Of a stretch of DNA of 16,461 nt, positions 1-8,648 are shown piece after piece. A program made the position numbers and the translations under genes. This DNA is from Candidatus Eiseniibacteriota bacterium. Lineage in GTDB: Bacteria > Eisenbacteria > RBG-16-71-46 > CAZEPH01. The DNA lies in NCBI GenBank assembly GCA_044229145.1, contig JBGATO010000080.1, positions 1 through 16,461 of the forward strand, read 5' to 3'. The notes under the pieces were generated by a model. It was not told the origin of the DNA. It saw nothing but the letters and a program-made list of their open reading frames with translations, and did no database searches. Each line of letters starts with the position of its first letter. Position 1 is the first letter of the stretch.

Positions 1-65
1 AAGCGATGTACCGTGTGGCGGGACGCCCCGCCCCGGCCGCGCTGGCCGCCGGCCCGAACCCCTAG
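1..65 (+). CDS. 3' end of upstream gene (partial), probably MurG
   Basis: Frame starting at 3 reads AMYRVAGRPAPAALAAGPNP* (TAG 63-65) with GC-rich third positions. The position directly before murC is normally murG. Identity is inferred from synteny only. Confidence 0.45.
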   Translation, partial: AMYRVAGRPAPAALAAGPNP

Positions 66-79
66 AGAGACCCGAGACG

Positions 80-1615
80 ATGTATCGCACCCGGCACATC
101 CACTTCGTCGGCGTCGGCGGCTCCGGCATGAGCGGCATCGCCGAAGTGCTGCTCAGTCTCGGCTACCACGTCTCCGGCTCGGATCTCAAGCGCGGCGAGG
201 CGGCCGACCGCGTCACCGCGCTCGGCGGCGTCGTCCACCTCGGCCACACCGCGGACAACGTCGAAGGCGCCGACGTGGTCGTCTACTCGTCGGCCGTGCA
301 CAGCGGCAATCCCGAGTTGATCGAAGCGCGCCGCCGCGGAGTGCCGGTCATCCCGCGCGCCGAGATGCTCGGCGAACTCATGCGGCTGCAGTACGGCATC
401 GGCATCGCCGGGAGCCACGGCAAGACCACGACGACGTCGATGGTTGGCCACGTGCTGGCGGCCGGTGGCTTCGATCCGACGGTCATCGTTGGCGGCCGGC
501 TGCGCGCCCTCGGCGGCAATGCGCGGATGGGACAGGGGCGCTTCCTGGTCGCCGAGTCCGACGAGAGCGACGGCTCGTTCCTGCGCCTGACGCCGGTGAT
601 CGCGGTGATCACCAACATCGACCACGAGCACCTCGACCACCACGGCAGCGTCGACGCGCTCATGGACTCCTTCCGCCAGTTCGCCGAGAAGGTGCCGTTC
701 TACGGCGCGGTGGTGGCGTGTGCCGACGATCCGCTGGTGCAGCAACTGCTGCCGAAGCTGACGCGCCGCGTGATCACGTACGGTCTCACGCATCCGGCCG
801 ACGTGCGCGGCCGCGACGTCGTGCACGACGGGCTCGGCAGCCGCGTGTGGGTGCGCGCGGCGGGGAAGTCGCTGGGCGAGATCCAGCTCCACGTGCCGGG
901 CTTGCACAACGTCTACAACGCGCTCGCCGCCGCGGCGGTCGGCTGGGAGATCGGCGCCAGCGCCGACGCGATTCGCGCCGGCCTCGCCGAGTTCCAGGGC
1001 GTCGGCCGCCGCTTCGAACACAAGGGCGACGCACGCGGCGTGCACGTCGTCGACGACTACGGCCACCACCCCACCGAGATTCGCGCCGTGCTCGACGCCG
1101 CCGCGCACGCGTATCCCGGCCGCCGCCTGGTGATGGCGTTCCAGCCGCACCGCTACAGCCGCACGCAGAACCTGTGGCGCGAGTTCGGCGAGTGCTTCTA
1201 CCAAGCCGCGCAGCTCGTGCTCCTGCCCGTCTACCCGGCCGGCGAACAGCCGATCGAGGGTGTCGACTCCGGCCTCATCGCGCGCGCCGTCGAGGCGCAT
1301 CCGCCCACCGAAGTCACGCTGGTCGACGACGCCGACGGCGCGGTGCGCGCGCTGGCCGGTCTAGTGCGCGAGGGCGACGTCGTCATCACGCAGGGCGCCG
1401 GCGACATCTACCGCATCGGCGAACGCCTGCTCGGCGAGCTCGCGAAGTCGACACGCGGCGCCGGACGCGCCGCCGCCACCAGCGCGCGCGGCGGCACCGC
1501 GCGCCACAGCGAGGCCGACAAGTCGAGCGCCGACAAGGGCGCGCGCCGCGGCAGCAAGGTCAGCGACGCGCCGCAGGCCACGGGCAGCTCGCGCGGACGC
1601 AGCGGACGGGAATGA
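80..1615 (+). CDS. murC: UDP-N-acetylmuramate--L-alanine ligase
   Basis: Motifs HIHFVGVGGSGMSGIA, P-loop GSHGKTTTTSM, AESDESDGSF, NIDHEHLDH, GVGRRFE, DDYGHHPTEI and FQPHRYSRT. Ends with a ~55-aa low-complexity tail. Confidence 0.97.
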   Translation: MYRTRHIHFVGVGGSGMSGIAEVLLSLGYHVSGSDLKRGEAADRVTALGGVVHLGHTADNVEGADVVVYSSAVHSGNPELIEARRRGVPVIPRAEMLGELMRLQYGIGIAGSHGKTTTTSMVGHVLAAGGFDPTVIVGGRLRALGGNARMGQGRFLVAESDESDGSFLRLTPVIAVITNIDHEHLDHHGSVDALMDSFRQFAEKVPFYGAVVACADDPLVQQLLPKLTRRVITYGLTHPADVRGRDVVHDGLGSRVWVRAAGKSLGEIQLHVPGLHNVYNALAAAAVGWEIGASADAIRAGLAEFQGVGRRFEHKGDARGVHVVDDYGHHPTEIRAVLDAAAHAYPGRRLVMAFQPHRYSRTQNLWREFGECFYQAAQLVLLPVYPAGEQPIEGVDSGLIARAVEAHPPTEVTLVDDADGAVRALAGLVREGDVVITQGAGDIYRIGERLLGELAKSTRGAGRAAATSARGGTARHSEADKSSADKGARRGSKVSDAPQATGSSRGRSGRE

Positions 1616-2547
1616 CGATGACCGCACGCCCTTCGGTGGAGGCGCTGGCCACGCTGCGCGACATCCCCGACGTGCGCTATCTCGCCGACGAGCCGCTCGC
1701 CAAGTACACCTGGCTGCGGGTCGGCGGCCCCGCGGATCTGCTGGCGATTCCCGAGACCGAGACCGCGCTGGCGGAGCTGCTCGGCCGCGCCGAGCGCGGC
1801 GGCGTGCCGGTGACCATGCTCGGCGGCGGCAGCAACATGCTGGTGCTCGACGGCGGCATCCGCGGCCTGGTGATCCGCCTCGGCCGTGGCTTCCGCTACG
1901 TGCACCACGACGGTCTCGACGTCACCGCCGGTGGTGCCGCGCCACTGCCGCAAGTCTGCGTCTACTGCGTCGACCACGGCCTCGCCGGTTTCGAGTGGGC
2001 GGCCGGCATCCCCGGCACCATCGGCGGCGCGGTCGTCATGAATGCCGGCGCGCACAACGGCGACATCAGTCAGTGGGTGAAGTCGGTGCGCTTTCTCACG
2101 TATGATGGCGCGTCGCTGGTCAAGCGCCGCGACGAGATCGTGTGGCACTACCGCGAGAGCGAACTGCCGCCGCGGGCGATCCCGGTGGAGGCCACCTTCA
2201 CCCTGCGCCCCGGCAATCCCGCGGACCTCCGCGCGATCCGCCAAGAAGGGCTGGCGCGGCGCAGTGCCACGCAACCGATCGGCGAACCGAGTTGTGGCTC
2301 GACATTCCGTAACCCGCCGGGCGATCATGCAGCACGCTTGATCGAAGCCGCCGGGCTCAAGGGCCACTCCATCGGCGGCGTGCACGTCTCGACCAAGCAC
2401 GCGAACTTCTTCATCACCGCGCCCGGCGCCACCGCCGCGGACGTGCGGGCCTTGATCGCCCACACGCAGCGCACCGTGAAGGAGAAGTTCGGCGTCGACC
2501 TGATCACGGAAGTGAAGGTGCTCGGAGAGGAAGGATCCGCAGAATGA
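1612..2547 (+). CDS. murB: UDP-N-acetylenolpyruvoylglucosamine reductase
   Basis: C-terminal 311 aa of track ORF 13..2547. ATG 1612 overlaps the murC stop (ATGA); alternative ATG at 1618. Motifs TWLRVGGPAD, LGGGSNML, GIPGTIGGAVVMNAGA, SCGSTFRNP, KHANF and EVKVLG. Confidence 0.96.
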   Translation: MTMTARPSVEALATLRDIPDVRYLADEPLAKYTWLRVGGPADLLAIPETETALAELLGRAERGGVPVTMLGGGSNMLVLDGGIRGLVIRLGRGFRYVHHDGLDVTAGGAAPLPQVCVYCVDHGLAGFEWAAGIPGTIGGAVVMNAGAHNGDISQWVKSVRFLTYDGASLVKRRDEIVWHYRESELPPRAIPVEATFTLRPGNPADLRAIRQEGLARRSATQPIGEPSCGSTFRNPPGDHAARLIEAAGLKGHSIGGVHVSTKHANFFITAPGATAADVRALIAHTQRTVKEKFGVDLITEVKVLGEEGSAE

Positions 2548-3695
2548 TCGGCGGTCACACCCGCGGTGTGGCGCATTACCAAGGACGGGCCTTGCAGCGG
2601 CCGCAGCGCACGACGCGCGCGGGCGACTGGCGCGGTCCGCTGGTCCGCACGCTGCGCATCCTCGCGCTGACGGTGGTCATCACCGGCGCCACCGTGGCGG
2701 CACCGGTGGTGGGCGAGGTGGTGGTGAACTCGCCGCTGCTCGCGGTGCGCCAGATCGAGGTCACCGGTGCCGAACGCCTGACGCAAGCCCAGGTGGTGCG
2801 CATGGCGGGGCTCACCGTCGGCATGCCGGTGATTGCCGTGTCGCCGCACGCGGTGGAGCGCGCGCTGTTGCGTTCGCCGCGCATCCAAGCCGCCACCGTG
2901 GAACGCGGCTGGGGCGGCGCGGTGCGTGTCGCCGTCGTCGAGCGCCGCGGCATGGCGCTGGTCGCCAACGCGCTCGCCGACTCCGCCGCGACGCCGCTCG
3001 TGGTCGCCCAGGACGGCGTGCTGCTCGATCCGCTCGGCAGCGAAGAGTGCACCGACCTGCCGTTCCTCACCGGTCTCGATGCCCCGCACCTGCGCGCCGG
3101 CGACCGCATTCCGCTCGCCCGTTTCCGGCCGATCGCGTCGCTTCTCGAGATGATGCGGCGCCCCGATGTCGCGCTGACGCCGGAGATCTCCAGCATCGAC
3201 CTGGCGGCCGGCGACACGCTGTGGCTGACCACCCTGCGCAACGGCTCGCGCGTGCTGCTGCCGCAGCGCCCGATCACCGTCGACGATCTCGTCACGCTGC
3301 ACGGCGTGCTCAGCGATTGCGACAAGCAGAACCTGCCGGCCCAGCGCATCGACATGACCTTCAAGGACATGGTGGTGCTCGATCCGGCCGACCCGCGCGC
3401 CTTGCAGCACACCGCGCGTGAGCACCGTCTCGAAGAGCAGCGGCTGGCCGTCGAGGCGCGTGCGCGCCAAGCCGCCGCGGACTCGTTGGCGCGCGTGGCC
3501 GCCCTGGCCGTGCGCGATTCCCTGCTTCTCTCGGCCGCGCCTGCCGCGCGCGGGCACCACCCCCGCCGTCCGGCGCTCTCGGCGACCCCGGACCGCGGTC
3601 CGCTCCACGATCACTCCTCGACATCCCGCCGCCGGACTGCAGCCGGCGACGGGCGCCACTCCACCACAAGCCACAGGAGTCTGCCCCGATGGTGA
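2544..3695 (+). CDS. ftsQ: Cell division protein FtsQ/DivIB (POTRA domain) with long C-terminal extension
   Basis: ATGA overlap with the murB stop. Basic N-terminus, one hydrophobic segment (ILALTVVITGATVAAPVV), POTRA-like VRQIEVTGAERLTQAQV...PRIQAATVER..VRVAVVER, and C-terminal RIDMTFKDMVV resembling the FtsQ 'IDLRF' motif. Lies between murB and ftsA. Confidence 0.88.
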   Translation: MIGGHTRGVAHYQGRALQRPQRTTRAGDWRGPLVRTLRILALTVVITGATVAAPVVGEVVVNSPLLAVRQIEVTGAERLTQAQVVRMAGLTVGMPVIAVSPHAVERALLRSPRIQAATVERGWGGAVRVAVVERRGMALVANALADSAATPLVVAQDGVLLDPLGSEECTDLPFLTGLDAPHLRAGDRIPLARFRPIASLLEMMRRPDVALTPEISSIDLAAGDTLWLTTLRNGSRVLLPQRPITVDDLVTLHGVLSDCDKQNLPAQRIDMTFKDMVVLDPADPRALQHTAREHRLEEQRLAVEARARQAAADSLARVAALAVRDSLLLSAAPAARGHHPRRPALSATPDRGPLHDHSSTSRRRTAAGDGRHSTTSHRSLPRW

Positions 3696-4915
3696 AGAAG
3701 CTCTACACCGGCTTGGATATTGGCACCACGAAGGTCGCCGCCGTGATCGGCGAGCGCGATGAGATGGGGGGCATCCGCATCGCGGGTGTCGGGTCGACGG
3801 TGAGCGAAGGCATGCGCCGCGGTGCCATCGTCAACCTCGAGAAGACGGTGTCGGCGGTGACGCGCGCGCTGGAAGAAGCCGAGCGCATGGCCGGCGTGCA
3901 GACCAAGAATGTAGTGGCGGGCATCGCCGGCGATCACATCCGCTCGATCGCCAGCCGCGGCGTGGTCGCGGTGTCGAACCGCGACAACGAGATCGGCCCG
4001 GACGACGTCGCGCGCGTCGTCGAGCAGACGAAGTCGTTCGCGATTCCCGCCGACCGCGAGATCATCCACGCGATCCCGATGCAGTTCATCGTCGACGATC
4101 AGGACGAGATCCGCGACCCGATCGGCATGCCGGGCGTGCGTCTCGAAGCCGAGGTCCACCTGATTACCGCTGCCGCCACCACCGCGCGCAACATCGCGCA
4201 GAGCGTGTCGAAGGCGAGCCTGCGTCTCGACGATCTGGTGCTCGAGCCGCTCGCCTCCGCCAACGCGGTGCTCGGCGACGACGAGAAGGAAATCGGCGTG
4301 CTGCTGCTCGACATCGGCGGCAGCACCACCGGCATGGCGATCTACAGCGACGGCGTGTTGCGCCACACCGCGGTGATCGGCTTCGGCGGCGCGCACGTCA
4401 CCAGCGACATCGCCTACTGCCTGCACACGCCGCTCGAGAAGGCCGAGCGTCTCAAACTCGAACACGGCTACGCCCTGGCCGACCGCATGCGCGGCGAAGG
4501 CACCATCACGGTGCCCGGCATCGGCGGCCGCGCCGACCGCGAAATCAGCCGCTACGAACTCGCGCGCCTGATCGAACCGCGCGTCGAGGAGATCCTCGGC
4601 CTGGTGCAGAAGGAGCTGCGCCGCGTGCACGTCGGCACGCTGCTCGGCGCCGGCGTCGTGCTGACCGGCGGTAGCGCCGACTTGCCCGGTATCCAGGAAC
4701 TCGCGGAGAACATGTTCGACCTGCCGGTGCGCCGCGGCGTGCCGCAGAACGTCAGCGGCGATCTGTCGCTGGTGGCCTCGCCGCGCTTCTCGACGGCGGT
4801 CGGCCTGGCACTGCATGCGTACGAGACCGAGGGCCTGATGCCGCAGGGCGGCGGTGGCTTCTTCGGCAAGATCCGGCGCCGCGTCGGCGAGTTCGTCGGC
4901 GGCCTGCACATCTAG
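3689..4915 (+). CDS. ftsA: Cell division protein FtsA
   Basis: Motifs [33 protein letters not shown] and VVLTGGSA; C-terminal amphipathic membrane-targeting helix [21 protein letters not shown] at 3675-3679; start overlaps the ftsQ stop. Confidence 0.97.
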   Translation: MVKKLYTGLDIGTTKVAAVIGERDEMGGIRIAGVGSTVSEGMRRGAIVNLEKTVSAVTRALEEAERMAGVQTKNVVAGIAGDHIRSIASRGVVAVSNRDNEIGPDDVARVVEQTKSFAIPADREIIHAIPMQFIVDDQDEIRDPIGMPGVRLEAEVHLITAAATTARNIAQSVSKASLRLDDLVLEPLASANAVLGDDEKEIGVLLLDIGGSTTGMAIYSDGVLRHTAVIGFGGAHVTSDIAYCLHTPLEKAERLKLEHGYALADRMRGEGTITVPGIGGRADREISRYELARLIEPRVEEILGLVQKELRRVHVGTLLGAGVVLTGGSADLPGIQELAENMFDLPVRRGVPQNVSGDLSLVASPRFSTAVGLALHAYETEGLMPQGGGGFFGKIRRRVGEFVGGLHI

Positions 4916-4968
4916 GCGCACCATCCACCAGGGGCGCGGGCCCCGGCACCGGAGGCGAAGGAGAGCAC

Positions 4969-6369
4969 ATGGAGCGCGGCATCAACTTCGATTTGGAATT
5001 GGCGGAGACGCGGCCGACCTCGATCAAGGTGTTCGGCGTCGGCGGCGCCGGCGGCAACGCGGTGGACCACATGGTGCGCGGCCAGATCCCCGGCGTGCGC
5101 TTCGTCGCCGCCAACACCGACGCGCAGCAGCTCGCGGCGTCCAAGGCGCACACCAAGCTGCCGCTCGGCGAGAAGCTCACCGGCGGCCGGGGCGCCGGCG
5201 GCGATCCGTCGGTCGGCAAGTCGGCCGCCGAGGAGTCGGAGGACTACATCCGCGAGGCGCTCGAAGGTGCCGAGATGGTGTTCCTCACCGCCGGCATGGG
5301 CGGCGGCACCGGCACCGGCGCGGCGCCCGTCGTGGCGCGCATCGCCCGTGAGATGGGCGCGTTGACCGTGGCGGTCGTGACGCGGCCGTTCTCGTTCGAG
5401 GGCCGCAAGCGCAGCGACCAGGCGCTCGGCGGGCTGTCGGCGCTCAAGGAAGCCGTCGACACGCTCATCGTCATCCCGAACCAGCGCCTGCTGTCCGTCA
5501 TCAAGCCGCGCACGCCGATGCTCGAGGCGTTCAAGGTGGCCGACGACGTGCTGCTCGCCGCGGTGCGCGGGATCGCCGGGCTCATCACCGGCATCGGCTA
5601 CATCAACCTCGACTTCCAGGACGTGAAGGCGGTGATGAAGGACCGCGGCAACGCGATCATGGGCATCGGCGTCGGCCGCGGCGAGAACCGCGCCACCGAC
5701 GCCGCGCGCGCCGCCATCAGCTCGCCGCTCCTCGAGGACGTGTCGATCAGCGGGTCGACCGGCATCCTGATCAACTTCACCGGCGGCAGCGACCTCGGGC
5801 TCGACGAGATCGACGAAGCGGCGCGCCTGGTGCACGACGCCGCCGGTCCGGAAGCCGCCGTCTACTTCGGCGTGGTGCTCGGCGACGAGCCGCGCGAGGA
5901 CATCGAGGTCACCGTCATTGCCACCGGATTCGGGCAGCCGGGCGCCGGGAGCCGGCTCTCCGAGTTGCGCCTCGACCGCCAGACCGCGCGGGTGCCGCTC
6001 AGCGAGCGTGCCGACCGCGCGGACCGCACCGAACGCCCCGAGCCGATGACCGCCGCGAACCCCCGTGCCATCCCGCTGCCGCCGCTGGCCGGCGACATCG
6101 AGGACAAGCAGCTGACCGACGAGGACATGCGCCTCCCGGCCGCCGCGCGCAAGTTCGGCCAGCACCTGGCGCCGGCAATCGGCGGACACGGCGGCAACGG
6201 CACCCACGACCGCCTGCCGCTCGACGCCGAGGCCGACGAAGCCGAGGTCCCCGCCGCCACCTCCGGCAACGGCAAGGACGGCGGCAACGGCTGGGGTTGG
6301 TCGTGGAACCGCAAGATGTCGAAGAACGAGCGGCAGGACATCCCGGCGGCGTTGCGCAAGAAGGGCTAG
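4969..6369 (+). CDS. ftsZ: Cell division protein FtsZ
   Basis: [14 protein letters not shown], tubulin signature [16 protein letters not shown]7 loop [16 protein letters not shown], long linker and C-terminal [18 protein letters not shown] at 4958-4963. Confidence 0.98.
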   Translation: MERGINFDLELAETRPTSIKVFGVGGAGGNAVDHMVRGQIPGVRFVAANTDAQQLAASKAHTKLPLGEKLTGGRGAGGDPSVGKSAAEESEDYIREALEGAEMVFLTAGMGGGTGTGAAPVVARIAREMGALTVAVVTRPFSFEGRKRSDQALGGLSALKEAVDTLIVIPNQRLLSVIKPRTPMLEAFKVADDVLLAAVRGIAGLITGIGYINLDFQDVKAVMKDRGNAIMGIGVGRGENRATDAARAAISSPLLEDVSISGSTGILINFTGGSDLGLDEIDEAARLVHDAAGPEAAVYFGVVLGDEPREDIEVTVIATGFGQPGAGSRLSELRLDRQTARVPLSERADRADRTERPEPMTAANPRAIPLPPLAGDIEDKQLTDEDMRLPAAARKFGQHLAPAIGGHGGNGTHDRLPLDAEADEAEVPAATSGNGKDGGNGWGWSWNRKMSKNERQDIPAALRKKG

Positions 6370-6396
6370 CGGCGGGCCGCTGCTCCGCGGTGCCGA

Positions 6397-6442
6397 GCGC
6401 GCCGGGGATCCCGACGATCCGGGGTCTCCGGCGCGTGATTTT
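6397..6442 (+). terminator. Probable intrinsic terminator after ftsZ
   Basis: GCGCGCCGGGGATCCC-gacgatcc-GGGGTCTCCGGCGCGT forms a 16-bp stem (3 G-U pairs) with an 8-nt loop, followed by GATTTT. The U-tract is short. Confidence 0.55.
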
Positions 6443-6549
6443 CCCTCCCGAATCGTCCCGCTTCTGCCGATATCCCCGCTGTCGAGGAGCGCCGTCCCTC
6501 TGCGCGCGCTGCCTCTCGCCGCGTCTCGTCCGCCGCTCGCGAGGTCGTC

Positions 6550-8226
6550 ATGTCGTTCCTCACGCAGATCTTCGGCCGCAACCGTCACGATCGCTACGCG
6601 CAAGGCATCCTGCACTTCAACCGGGGCGAATACGAGCAAGCCATCGAGCAGCTCGAGCTGGCGCTCGCGGACACCGGCGGCGACGGCAATCCCTACCACA
6701 GCCTGAGCCGCTTCTACACCGCGGAGGCGTACACCCAGCTCGGCGTCATCCACCTGCGCACCGGCGACCTCGAACGCGCCCGCACCGAATTCGAACGCGC
6801 GGTGGACGAGAACCCCGGCTACCCGGACCGCCACTACTACCTCGGCGTGCTCCACCAGAAGCAGGGCGACTTCGCCGGCGCGGTCAGCAGCTTCCAGCAG
6901 GCGCTGGCGCTCAATCCCAACTACCGAGAGGCGCGCGTGGCGATGGCGCTCGCGCTCTTCGATGCCGGCGACGCGGAAGGCGCCCGTGGCGAACTCGCCG
7001 AGGCGGCGGCCCGCGGGTTCGCGCTGCCAGACGGCGCCCCGGTGCCGGATTCTGGTCCGCTTTCCGCGGACCTCGCCGCGGCTGCCCGCGAAGTGCTGTC
7101 CCACGCCTCGCAGTCCACCGGCTACGTCGAACGCGCCGTCGACCGCTACTGCGCCGGCGATGTGCTCGGCGCCGCCGAAGCGCTGCAGCAGGCGGTGGCC
7201 GCGCAGCCGGCCTACGCCGACCTCCAATGCCGCCTCGGCGTCGTGCTCGGCGAGCTCGGGCGGCACGACGAGGCGCTCGCCGCGCTCGACCGCGCGCTCG
7301 GCATCAACGAGCGCTACACCGACGCGCATCTCTACCGCGGACTCACGCTCCTGGCGCTCGGCCGCCCGGCGGATGCCGTCGCCGATCTTCAAGAAGCGGC
7401 CACCGTCTACTCGTCGACACCCGGCGTGCTCGGATTGCTCGCCACCGCCTACGCGCGCAGCGGCCAGGTGGGGAAGGCGCAGCAGGCCGCCCGCGAGGCG
7501 CTCGCCTGCGACCCATCCTGTGGCGAAGCGAAGGACGCCCTCGCGGTCGTTTCGCTGCAGAACGGCCAGAGCGCCGACGCCGCGCGCTTGCTCTCACGCG
7601 ATACCGACCTCCTCGAACGCGCCGCCCTGCTGCTCGACGCCGGCGAAGCGGCCGAAGCCATCCATCTGCTCTCCGGCACACCCGGCGCGCACGCCGTCTC
7701 GTCGATCGAACGCGACCTCCTGCTGGGACGCGCGTACGAGGCGACCGGAGAGATCGAACGTGCCCGCATGCACTACGAGAGCGCCACCATCAAGGACGAA
7801 CGCTGGTGGCCGGCCCGTCTCGCCCTCGCGCGCACCTGGTCGAAGGCGGGAGAGTGGCGCGAAGCGCTCAAGGCGATCGGCCGCGATCTCGAGGCCGAGA
7901 GTGAAAGTCCGGAGGTCCTGGTCCTGGCGGGCGACTGCCATCGCCACCTCGGGCGCGCCGAGCAGGCGATCTCCTGCTATTCGCAGGCGCTCAACATCTT
8001 CGCCGGCTACGTGCCGGCGTTGATCGGCCGTGCGCTGGCGCAGCGTCTCCACGGCGACGAACTGGCCGCCCAAGCCGACCTCCACGCGGCACTCCGCCAC
8101 GATCCTCTGAACGTGCTCGCCCGCCGTCTGATCGAAATCGGGTCGATGAGCAGCGCCGACGATCTCCGGCGCAGCCTGCTCGGGTCGACCCACAGTGCGG
8201 GACCGCGGAGCGCGATCGCCGCCTAA
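6550..8226 (+). CDS. Tetratricopeptide repeat protein
   Basis: Roughly ten or more 34-aa TPR-like units (e.g. AYTQLGVIHLRTGDLERARTEFERAVDENP, HYYLGVLHQKQGDFAGAVSSFQQALALNP, LQCRLGVVLGELGRHDEALAALDRALGIN). RBS GAGG at 6541-6544; no signal peptide. Confidence 0.9.
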   Translation: MSFLTQIFGRNRHDRYAQGILHFNRGEYEQAIEQLELALADTGGDGNPYHSLSRFYTAEAYTQLGVIHLRTGDLERARTEFERAVDENPGYPDRHYYLGVLHQKQGDFAGAVSSFQQALALNPNYREARVAMALALFDAGDAEGARGELAEAAARGFALPDGAPVPDSGPLSADLAAAAREVLSHASQSTGYVERAVDRYCAGDVLGAAEALQQAVAAQPAYADLQCRLGVVLGELGRHDEALAALDRALGINERYTDAHLYRGLTLLALGRPADAVADLQEAATVYSSTPGVLGLLATAYARSGQVGKAQQAAREALACDPSCGEAKDALAVVSLQNGQSADAARLLSRDTDLLERAALLLDAGEAAEAIHLLSGTPGAHAVSSIERDLLLGRAYEATGEIERARMHYESATIKDERWWPARLALARTWSKAGEWREALKAIGRDLEAESESPEVLVLAGDCHRHLGRAEQAISCYSQALNIFAGYVPALIGRALAQRLHGDELAAQADLHAALRHDPLNVLARRLIEIGSMSSADDLRRSLLGSTHSAGPRSAIAA

Positions 8227-8245
8227 TCCTCGATTCCGGATGCGA

Positions 8246-8285
8246 CGAAGCCCGCGACGGGGGAATCCCCGCGTCGCGGGCTTCG
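8246..8285. terminator. Bidirectional terminator-like hairpin between the convergent TPR gene and rpmB
   Basis: Perfect 14-bp inverted repeat CGAAGCCCGCGACG (8246-8259) / CGTCGCGGGCTTCG (8272-8285), with an inner GGGG-AAT-CCCC stem, between two convergent stop codons. Confidence 0.8.
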
Positions 8286-8301
8286 CGCGTGCGGCGCTAG
8301 G

Positions 8302-8541
8302 CTAGGCGGATGCCTTGGCGATGAGCGCGGCGCGAGCCTCGCTCGAGAGCTTCATCGCCTTGGTCACCGCGTTCGAGCGGATGCACCGGGTGCACGCCAT
8401 GATGTGGCGCGTGGTGCTGCCCTCGGCGATGCGCACACGCTGCAAGTTCGGCAACCAGCGACGCTTCGACACATTGTGAGCGTGGCTGATCTTGTGTCCC
8501 CACTGGGGATCCTTCTGACACACTTCGCACTGACGAGCCAT
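8302..8541 (-). CDS. rpmB: 50S ribosomal protein L28 (zinc-ribbon, C+ type)
   Basis: 79 aa MARQCEVCQKDPQWGHKISHAHNVSKRRWLPNLQRVRI...ACTRCIRS. The internal ATG (8541) of track ORF 8302..8721 has GGAGG at 8546-8550 on the minus strand. Confidence 0.95.
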   Translation of the reverse strand: MARQCEVCQKDPQWGHKISHAHNVSKRRWLPNLQRVRIAEGSTTRHIMACTRCIRSNAVTKAMKLSSEARAALIAKASA

Positions 8542-8569
8542 GGAGCCTCCCAAACCGGTAAGGTGGGGC

Positions 8570-8598
8570 AGAATAGCAGCCGCGGACGCCAAAGGCAA
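8570..8598 (-). promoter_or_regulatory. Sigma70-type promoter for rpmB
   Basis: Minus strand reads TTGCCT (8598-8593), 17 nt, TATTCT (8575-8570), with an extended -10 TG (TGcTATTCT), about 30 nt upstream of the rpmB start. Confidence 0.7.
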
Positions 8599-8606
8599 GC
8601 CTGGCG

Positions 8607-8620
8607 TCTCGCGCGCGAGA
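8607..8620. promoter_or_regulatory. Perfect 14-bp palindrome between divergent promoters (candidate operator)
   Basis: TCTCGCGCGCGAGA is its own reverse complement and lies between the two predicted -35 boxes. Function is inferred. Confidence 0.3.
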
Positions 8621-8648
8621 ACATTGGGGCCGGGACACCCAAAACGAC

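Noticed and set aside
13..1611. N-terminal 533 aa of the 844-aa track ORF, or a programmed MurC-MurB frameshift fusion
   Set aside because: Arg-rich off-frame shadow of murC. murB has a standard ATGA-coupled start at 1612, and I saw no slippery heptamer near the junction.
4912..7392. 826-aa antisense ORF (also 62..1300, 3611..4924, 8851..10500, 12115..13368 and 13441..16449)
   Set aside because: Antisense shadows of real genes expected from extreme GC3 bias; no recognisable domains.
6297..8023. Alternative-frame plus-strand ORFs 6297..7904 and 6962..8023
   Set aside because: Arg/Pro/Ser-rich low-complexity translations overlapping the TPR gene.
8555..8610. c-di-GMP-I riboswitch-like words (GGACGCCAAAGGC)
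   Set aside because: The required flanking stems and GNRA loop are not evident, and the segment lies upstream of the predicted plus-strand promoter and overlaps the rpmB promoter.
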